This document shows positions 57,018-64,000 of a DNA stretch of 64,000 nt, piece by piece (positions within the stretch are counted from its first letter, which is position 1; each line of letters opens with the position of its first letter). The notes below the pieces were generated by a model that saw only the letters and a program-made list of their open reading frames with translations, was not told the origin of the DNA and searched no databases. The DNA is taken from positions 1,888,001-1,952,000 of the forward strand of contig CAWDEM010000008.1 in assembly GCA_963801355.1 (NCBI GenBank), read 5' to 3'. Source of the stretch: Ignavibacteriota bacterium (lineage in GTDB: Bacteria > Bacteroidota > Ignavibacteria > UBA10030 > UBA6906). A program made the position numbers and the translations under genes.

Positions 57018-58334
57018 TTATGCTGCAACTCCGAAGTCATCCACCCGCTTCGACACGAAACCCACGCAGAGCCCAGCCAGAATCATCGAGCATCCCCCTA
57101 ACAGCACTGCATTCATGGGATTTCCCCCCAACAAGTTTGTCATCATGACGCCGAGTCCGAGAGACGCCAGAATCTGCGGCAGGACGATGAAGAAATTGAA
57201 CACGCCCATATAGAAGCCCATCTTTTCCGCAGGAATTGCGTTTGAGAGCATTGCATAGGGCATAGACAGTATGCTCGCCCATGCAATGCCGACGAGAAGC
57301 ATCGAGAACAGGAGCAGATACTGATCGCGCAATACGACCGCAAGCACGAGTCCCGCGCCGCCGGTAATCAACGCCACGCGGTGAATCGATCGGGGGGAGA
57401 ACTTCTTCACCAGCGCCAGCAGCACAAACGAAAAGACAAACGCCGTACCGTTATACACTGAGAAGCAGAGGCCACCCCACTCGTTCCCGCGCTGATACTC
57501 CGGCGAACCCGGAACTCCCCCGAAGACGGTGGTGGCGACAGCGGGAACAAAATAGATCCACATGCAGAACATCGCGAACCAGGTGAAAAACTGCACTATC
57601 GCCAGTTGCTTCATGGCAGCCGGCATTGAGGTGATGCCCTGGAAGATCTCTGCGAACGCTTTCCCGATACCGGCCGACGCCGCATTCCTCTTCCGGAATT
57701 CCTCCAGATTGTCCGGCGGATATTCCTTCGTCGTGAATATTGTGTACAGCACCGCAGCGAGCAACACCGCGGAGCCGACATAGAACGCCAGTTGCACGGT
57801 CCTCGGGATCGCAGCCTGTCCTGCAGTCCCAGTCACCCCGAACCAGTTTGTGAGGAGATACGGAAGCGCCGAGGAGAGCACGGCGCCGAGGCCTATGAGG
57901 AGGCTCTGCATGGCAAAGCCGGACTTTCGTTGGTCCTGCGGCAGCATATCCCCGACAAACGCACGAAACGGCTCCATGGTAATATTGATGCTTGCGTCCA
58001 GGACCCAGAGGAGCCCGGCCGCCATCCAGACAGTCGAAGAGTTGGGCATGGCGATCAGGGCAAGCGTGGAGAGCAGTGCACCTGCGAGGAAATACGGACG
58101 CCGCCTCCCCAATCGCCCCCAGGTACGATCGCTCGAGTATCCGACTATGGGTTGAACAATGAGCCCGGTAAGCGGCGCGGCAATCCAGAGCCACGCAATC
58201 TGGTCCTGGTTTGCCCCCAGGTACTCATAGATGGCGCTCATGTTTGCCATCTGCAGCCCCCAGCCGAACTGAATGCCGAAGAAGCCGAAACTCATGTTCC
58301 AGATTTGCAGCGGTGAGAGGCGGGGTTTGATCAT
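57018..58334 (-). CDS. MFS maltose/sucrose-type sugar transporter
   Basis: IWNMSFGFFGIQFG, SDRTWGRLGRRRPY, MEPFRA and MGVFNFFIVLPQ. Confidence 0.9.
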   Translation of the reverse strand: MIKPRLSPLQIWNMSFGFFGIQFGWGLQMANMSAIYEYLGANQDQIAWLWIAAPLTGLIVQPIVGYSSDRTWGRLGRRRPYFLAGALLSTLALIAMPNSSTVWMAAGLLWVLDASINITMEPFRAFVGDMLPQDQRKSGFAMQSLLIGLGAVLSSALPYLLTNWFGVTGTAGQAAIPRTVQLAFYVGSAVLLAAVLYTIFTTKEYPPDNLEEFRKRNAASAGIGKAFAEIFQGITSMPAAMKQLAIVQFFTWFAMFCMWIYFVPAVATTVFGGVPGSPEYQRGNEWGGLCFSVYNGTAFVFSFVLLALVKKFSPRSIHRVALITGGAGLVLAVVLRDQYLLLFSMLLVGIAWASILSMPYAMLSNAIPAEKMGFYMGVFNFFIVLPQILASLGLGVMMTNLLGGNPMNAVLLGGCSMILAGLCVGFVSKRVDDFGVAA

Positions 58335-58350
58335 GATGTTCTCGAACTTT

Positions 58351-59196
58351 TTATTCCTTGACGCTTCCGAGTGTGAGACCTGAGACCAGCCAGCGGCTGA
58401 GTGAGAGGAAGAGTGCGACCACGGGAATTGTGACGATGACCGAGGCCGCCCCGTACAGGCCCCACTCGGAACCCATATTCGATTCAAATGATTTGAGGCC
58501 GAGCGGGAGCGTCCATAATTCCGTGTCCTGCAGAATCTGCGCCGCCACCACGTATTCCGTCCACGCAGACATGAACGAGAAGAGTGCGGTGATGACCAGT
58601 GCGGGGGCCGCGAGCGGGAGAATGATACGGTAAAACGTCTGAAACTCGTTGCACCCGTCGATTTTTCCTGCTTCTTCCAGACTCGTGGGGATGGTATCGT
58701 AGTATCCTTTCATCTGCCAGATGCAGAAGGGCAGCGCCGTCGCCGAATACATGATGACGATGCCGAGATAACTGTTGATCAGATGCAGCTGTACGAGCAT
58801 GATGTACATCGGCAACAGCAGCATGGTGGCCGGGAACATCTGCGTGACCAGCAGGCTCAGCAGACCGATCTTCTTGCCGATGAACGAAAAGCGGGAAAAC
58901 GCATAGCCGCACATCGAGGCCAGGAGCACGCCGGTGAGCGTCACCGTCAGAGACACGAGCGTGCTGTTCAACATCCAGAGGAGAAACGGCCGTTCGGTGA
59001 AGAGCGCGGCATAGTTCCCGAACGATGCGTTCGCCGGGATCAACTCGAGCGACGTGCTGAGAAGACGGTTCGACGGGCGGAGTGAGATGTTGAAGATTTG
59101 CCAGACGGGGTAGAGCGCAACGAGAGAAAATACCATCAGCACCGCGTAGCTGGCCGTGACACGGAAAGCCGTCGATGTTTTGCCGCGCACCATCAT
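58351..59196 (-). CDS. Maltodextrin ABC permease, MalG-like
   Basis: QMFP, KGYYDTIP, EEAGKIDG and GLTLGSVK. Confidence 0.9.
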   Translation of the reverse strand: MMVRGKTSTAFRVTASYAVLMVFSLVALYPVWQIFNISLRPSNRLLSTSLELIPANASFGNYAALFTERPFLLWMLNSTLVSLTVTLTGVLLASMCGYAFSRFSFIGKKIGLLSLLVTQMFPATMLLLPMYIMLVQLHLINSYLGIVIMYSATALPFCIWQMKGYYDTIPTSLEEAGKIDGCNEFQTFYRIILPLAAPALVITALFSFMSAWTEYVVAAQILQDTELWTLPLGLKSFESNMGSEWGLYGAASVIVTIPVVALFLSLSRWLVSGLTLGSVKE

Positions 59197-59205
59197 GTGC
59201 CTCGA

Positions 59206-60112
59206 TCAGGAATAGACATTCCGGGTTGCCTTGGATTTTCGCATGAACGTGATGCTGAAAATCAGAAGGATGAAGAAGATCACCATGGAAAGTGCGGCTC
59301 CGTAGCCGTACCGGTAGAAATTGAACGCCGCTTTGTACACAAAGGAGACCATGAGATGCGTCTGGTCCGACGGCTCACCGGCATTGCTGACCAGCCAGAC
59401 GATATTCAGGTTGTTGAATGTCCAGATCGTTCCCGAGCGTGATTGCCGGGACCATGACGGGCTGTATCAGCGGGATGGTGATGTGCCGCAGTTTGTGATA
59501 CCACGATGCTCCGTCAATATCCGCTGCTTCATAGAGATCGTGCGGGATGCTCTGCAACGCGCCGAGCGCAATCACCATCATGAAGGGGAAGCCCAGCCAG
59601 ACATTGGTGATGATCACCGCGATGAAGGCTTCCAGCGGCTGGCGGAGCCATTGTACCCCGGGAAGATTGAACCACTGCGTCAACATCAGGTTGATCGACC
59701 CGTACTCATAGTTGAACATGCCGCGCCAGGTCAGCGCAACGATGAGCTGCGGCACGGCCCAGGGAAGCACGAGGATCGCGCGGAAGATTGCTTTGCCCCT
59801 GACCTCCTTCTGGTTCAGGACGAGCGCCAGGAACACGCCCAGCACAACGTGAAAGAAAAGATTCACCACGGTCCAGATGACAGTCTTCAAGAACACCACA
59901 TAGAAATCGGGCTGCGACGGCTCCGTGAAGACCTTGATGTACTGTCCGAAGCCGATGATTCTCCAATCCCGGATGTGACGCAAGTTCATATTCGAGAGGG
60001 AGAGCACGATATTGTAGAAGAAGGGATAAATCACGACGCCGAACAGCACGACGAAGGCCGGTGCAACGAGGATGAAGAGGAATATCCTGTGACGGAAGGT
60101 CTGGCTTTGCAT
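59206..60112 (-). CDS. Maltodextrin ABC permease, MalF-like, one extra base near 59432
   Basis: LPWAVP, WLGFPF and YEAADIDGA. After AITLG the shifted frame reads TIWTFNNLNIVWLV...YGYGAALS...NVYS*; span is 907 nt = 3n+1. Confidence 0.85.
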
Positions 60113-60123
60113 GGTGGTCGGGG

Positions 60124-61386
60124 TTATTCGTTCATTTCTTTGATGCGCCGGAGGGCGAGGCGCTGCATCTCCTCAGCAGCCTTCTCGGGGGTCATGGTAC
60201 TTGCCAGGACTGCCTGATAACTCGGGCGCATGGCATCCCAGATGGCACGGAGTTCCGGCACGACGGGAAGCGGACGTCCGCGGGTGATCTGTATCCGTGA
60301 GTTTCGCAGGATCTCGTTGTGTTGCACGAAGTCGCTTTGTTGAGCGCCCAGGTGCGTCGGCATCGTGAAAAGCTCCCGCGTCGCCTCCATCTGGCATTCT
60401 TCCGACATGAGGAAACGGATCAGCTCCAGCGCCAGGGCCTTCTTTTCGTCGGAGATGTTGGCATTGAGGGAAAACCCTTTGGGTGACACCATCGGCGCAC
60501 ACCAGAGCCCCGTCGAAGAGATTCGCGGCAACGGCGCGACCCCGATATCCAGACCCGCATTCTGGTAGCCGGCCCACGACCAATCGCCGTTGATGATCAT
60601 CCCGGCATTGCCGTCTTTGAAGAGGATGTCGGCGACATTGTAGTCCGCCTCGTTGGGAATAATCTTTTCCACATCCCGCAACCGTTTGATAAACTTGAGC
60701 CCGTCGATGGTGCCGCGGTTGTTGAGGGTGGGATTCCCCGCCTCATCCATGATCCAGCCGCCGAAGCCCGTCATGAAGGGGATGAAGAAAAACGGCTCCG
60801 TGTAGTTCCACGTCAGTCCATACCGGTCGGTCTTTCCGTCGCCGTTGAGGTCCGCCGTGAGCCCTTTGCCGATGCGGATCAGGTCTTCATCCGATGAGGG
60901 GGGAACCGGCACGAGCTTCTTGTTGTAGACGAGCGTGAGATGATTCCCGAGTTTGTCCGCCACCTGATAGAGATGTCCCTTGTACCAGGTCAATCCCTTC
61001 GGATCGAATTGTGCGAGCCACTCCCCGGGGAAAGACTCCTCCAGGGGGAGGATAATCTGCATGAGCTCAAATGGTCCGACCTGGTCTGACGGGCCGTACA
61101 CGATTTCGGGCCCCTGTCCGGCGAGGGCGGCAATGATGAAACCCGACCGCAATTCCTCCGTCTCCTTGAACAGCTGCTCGACACGCACGCCGGGATGCGT
61201 CTGCATGAACCGATCCAGCTGTCTCTGGAGAATGATCCGGATATCGATGCGGTCCTGATGCCAGATCGTCAGACGGATACGGTCGTCGCCTCTGCATGTG
61301 CAGCCATCCGTCGTGATGACGGCCGCAAGAGCAATGATGGTGCTCATCAGGCCGACGGCCGTCCGAAGTGCTGTTCGTGCGTTCAC
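60124..61386 (-). CDS. Maltodextrin-binding protein, MalE-like
   Basis: LTIWH, GQGPEIVYGPSD, LVYNKKL, MIINGDW and PVVPELRAIW. Confidence 0.88.
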   Translation of the reverse strand: MNARTALRTAVGLMSTIIALAAVITTDGCTCRGDDRIRLTIWHQDRIDIRIILQRQLDRFMQTHPGVRVEQLFKETEELRSGFIIAALAGQGPEIVYGPSDQVGPFELMQIILPLEESFPGEWLAQFDPKGLTWYKGHLYQVADKLGNHLTLVYNKKLVPVPPSSDEDLIRIGKGLTADLNGDGKTDRYGLTWNYTEPFFFIPFMTGFGGWIMDEAGNPTLNNRGTIDGLKFIKRLRDVEKIIPNEADYNVADILFKDGNAGMIINGDWSWAGYQNAGLDIGVAPLPRISSTGLWCAPMVSPKGFSLNANISDEKKALALELIRFLMSEECQMEATRELFTMPTHLGAQQSDFVQHNEILRNSRIQITRGRPLPVVPELRAIWDAMRPSYQAVLASTMTPEKAAEEMQRLALRRIKEMNE

Positions 61387-62669
61387 CGGGTGTTGCCTTC
61401 CGCCGGATCTGTTGCCGTGTTTCGCCTGGGCTCATGAACGAGCAACCAGACAACCGCAGAAACCGCGAGCGAGACCCCGCTGATCAGGAAGATGATGGAT
61501 TTGTCCTCTGAACGGTAGATCACCGTCCCCAGCACGAGGCTCACAAAGAGTTGCGGCAGCACGACCGAGAGATTGAAGATCCCCATGAAGAATCCCATGC
61601 GCGACTTCTCCACCTTTTCCGTCATGATGGCGAACGGAAGCGAAACGATGGAAGCCCAGCCGATGCCGGCCACCGCCATGAGCAGGTAGAGCATGACGGG
61701 ACTTGCTCCGGCAAATGCGATGGCGAAATATGCGGCAGCCATGATGGCCAGGGCGGTCAGGTGCACGCGCACGCGGCCGAAGCGCATTGCCAGCGGCTCG
61801 AGCACGGGAGCGGGCAGCAGGAATCCCACGGTGTTCAGGATGGCGAAGGAGATCGCGATGATGCGGCCCGAATCCTCCGCGATCGCACCGGGGTCTGAGG
61901 TGGCAAGCATTTTCTGCTGGATAAAAGCGATGATGTAGACGAACATTGTCTGTACGCCGATCCAGGAGAACCCGTGGGCGACGTAGATCCTCATCAGTTC
62001 TCCCCACCGCGAGACCACGGCTGCCGCCTTCCCGTCCGCCGCAGGTGCATCCTCCAGCTCGCGCCGTTCGGTGATGAACATGACGGGGACAACGGAGCAG
62101 AGAAAGACCACCACGACGCCAACGGAGATAAGCACGTAGTTCCCCGCCGCGGCACCGATGACGTAGGCCATGACGCCGAAGAAGCCGGAGATGGTCTGCA
62201 TCCAGGTATACCCCTTTGTGCGGGCCTCTCCTTCCGGCGTCACGTCGGCGATGATGGAACGGGTCGGATTGAAGCTGATGTTGATTGCCAGATCGAGCGT
62301 GAGCGCCACTGCGATCGCTACCGCGAGCAGACTGCCCACGCCCAGGGCGTCGTTGATGAGGTCGATATTGGGGAGTGCAAGCAGCATGAGCGCCGCAAGC
62401 GTTCCGCCGATCAGAATAAACGGACGGCGGCGGCCTCCCCAGAACCAGACACGATCGCTGATCAGGCCTATCACGACCTGTCCGACAATCCCTGCCAGAG
62501 GACCTGCGGCCCAGACGAAGCCGACCTGGTGAATATCCAGGTGATATTTCGTCGTCAGAAGCCAGCTGAGCGCCGAAATCTGAATCGACAGCGCAAACCC
62601 CATTGCCGTGGAGGGCAGGCTGATGAGGGCATAGAACCCGTTGGTCAAGCGTTCCTGAAATGCTCGCAT
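61383..62669 (-). CDS. MFS sugar transporter (second copy)
   Basis: SDRVWFWGGRRRPF and MGIFNLSVVLPQ. Confidence 0.88.
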   Translation of the reverse strand: MRAFQERLTNGFYALISLPSTAMGFALSIQISALSWLLTTKYHLDIHQVGFVWAAGPLAGIVGQVVIGLISDRVWFWGGRRRPFILIGGTLAALMLLALPNIDLINDALGVGSLLAVAIAVALTLDLAINISFNPTRSIIADVTPEGEARTKGYTWMQTISGFFGVMAYVIGAAAGNYVLISVGVVVVFLCSVVPVMFITERRELEDAPAADGKAAAVVSRWGELMRIYVAHGFSWIGVQTMFVYIIAFIQQKMLATSDPGAIAEDSGRIIAISFAILNTVGFLLPAPVLEPLAMRFGRVRVHLTALAIMAAAYFAIAFAGASPVMLYLLMAVAGIGWASIVSLPFAIMTEKVEKSRMGFFMGIFNLSVVLPQLFVSLVLGTVIYRSEDKSIIFLISGVSLAVSAVVWLLVHEPRRNTATDPAEGNTR

Positions 62670-62686
62670 GGTACCCTTCCGACTGG

Positions 62687-64000
62687 TCAGTATTCGAACA
62701 CGAGACACTCACCTGGCCCGAGGGCTACGTTGAGCACGCCATGCATCAGGTGTACACGCTTGCCGGACAGCAGGTCGACAACCTGAGTCTTTGTAGTGTT
62801 GAGTGTAGTCTTGGACATCTGCGTTGCGTGGAAATCCATATTGCCGATGACGGCCACGCGCAGTTTTCCTCCAGGGACGACGCGGGCGAATGACAACACG
62901 TGCGTATTGCCCTCGTGAAGCATCTGCATGGTTGCAGGCGTGGATTGCACCACAAGCGAGCGGTACTTCTTCCGCACTGATTGCACTTTGGCGATAAGCG
63001 GCGCGAATTGCTCCTGGCTGATCCAGTTGTACCCCCCTTCGCTGAACAATGGGAGTTTTTCGGATGGGAGAGCCCGTATCTGAGCACTGGTAAAGTCCAG
63101 ACCGGTGTTGATCGGGAAGCGCTCCGCAAGTTCGTAGCCGGAATGGAGAAATGGTATTCCCGGCAGGAAGGCATTGATCACCGCCGCCCACCGTGAGTAC
63201 GGGACGCCGCCGGGACGCGACGCTGCGCGCGGCGTGTTGTGGTTCTCGGGCGTCGCGAAAAACGGAATCGGAAACTCCTCTTTGGTTCTGTGGACGCAGA
63301 AGGCCCGCATGCGGTCGGCATGATGCTGATCGAAGATCGTGTAGCCGAATACGGCGTTGTACCCTTCGTCGCGGCTTTTCCGGGTGACGGAGAAATTCTC
63401 GTCCCAGAAGGCAAAATCGGCATTCAGCCCTCGCGCCTTCTTGACCATCTCCGCTTTCAACTCCATGGGCAGAGCGTGCCCCATGTCGATCATGACACCG
63501 TCGATACCGAATTCCCGTTGGTAGTACGGCACGATGCCCACGATCCTATCCCATAACGGCCTGTTGACATGTTCCGGCCGGGCGAGGCGCGCATCGTACA
63601 TGCGGATGGTGTTGTAGCCGATATAGTTGAATTCCGGGTGCGTGTACATCCGGAGATATGTCACGTCGTTCCAGGGCGGCTGATTGTCGTCCGGCGGCCA
63701 ATCGGCGAATGCTCCGGGAATCCGCACGCGTGTTCCGTCGGCCAGTGTGCCGATGTAGCGTCCATCTTCCTTCTTCACCGTCTGGGCATCCGGCGGTTCC
63801 GTGAAGAATTCACGATAGACACGATGCGGCGGGACAAGTGCGTCGAGCTTCTTTGCATCCACGTCGCGATGAATCTGCGCCAGCTCCTCCGGCGAGAAAA
63901 TGGGGGAGCCGTATTTGTGTTCATCCGTTTCATTGGGAGCCCGCGGGGGAACGGACTCCTTGATCCAGTAGAACCATTCGGGATGCTCTTTCACCCAATC
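62687..64000 (-). CDS. GH13 alpha-amylase-family protein (maltosyltransferase-like), 5'-partial
   Basis: DWPPDDNQPPWNDVTYL, GIDGVMIDMGHALP, FWDEN and ENHNTPR; ORF runs off the window edge. Confidence 0.85.
   Translation of the reverse strand, partial: DWVKEHPEWFYWIKESVPPRAPNETDEHKYGSPIFSPEELAQIHRDVDAKKLDALVPPHRVYREFFTEPPDAQTVKKEDGRYIGTLADGTRVRIPGAFADWPPDDNQPPWNDVTYLRMYTHPEFNYIGYNTIRMYDARLARPEHVNRPLWDRIVGIVPYYQREFGIDGVMIDMGHALPMELKAEMVKKARGLNADFAFWDENFSVTRKSRDEGYNAVFGYTIFDQHHADRMRAFCVHRTKEEFPIPFFATPENHNTPRAASRPGGVPYSRWAAVINAFLPGIPFLHSGYELAERFPINTGLDFTSAQIRALPSEKLPLFSEGGYNWISQEQFAPLIAKVQSVRKKYRSLVVQSTPATMQMLHEGNTHVLSFARVVPGGKLRVAVIGNMDFHATQMSKTTLNTTKTQVVDLLSGKRVHLMHGVLNVALGPGECLVFEY

Noticed and set aside
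1-64000. CRISPR array, rRNA or prophage
   Set aside because: No regularly spaced repeat-spacer units, rRNA-like segments or phage structural genes were seen.

Overview
This is a GC-rich bacterial chromosome window, probably from an Ignavibacteria-like member of the Bacteroidota superphylum. That placement is inferred from gene content (GWxTD protein, CarboxypepD-type TonB receptor, PIG-L/NEW3 deacetylase, TAnnTTTG-like boxes), not from a search. Bases ~1-7350 are an accessory region. It holds two ~154-bp direct repeats, each a tRNA-Pro(CGG) 3' half plus integrase arm-like sites, flanking a Ser/Thr kinase-TPR gene, a DUF2147 gene and two decayed IS elements. The region abuts a tRNA-Asn(GUU) gene interrupted inside the anticodon (35/36) by a 312-nt group I intron with all core ribozyme elements visible. 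The rest is mostly core genome: a his operon (hisZGDCBHAF-IE) with a His-rich leader-peptide attenuator, TonB receptor, arfB, peptide and phosphate transporters, tRNA-Ala and tRNA-Arg, LPS genes and leuS. It also has an Rsb-type partner-switching module followed by a tyrosine-recombinase homologue lacking three catalytic residues, an Fe3+/sugar-phosphate-type ABC system with a PIG-L deacetylase, and a maltodextrin utilisation locus. Two genes carry single-base frameshifts that are probably sequencing errors. All calls are from motif recognition by eye; no searches were run.
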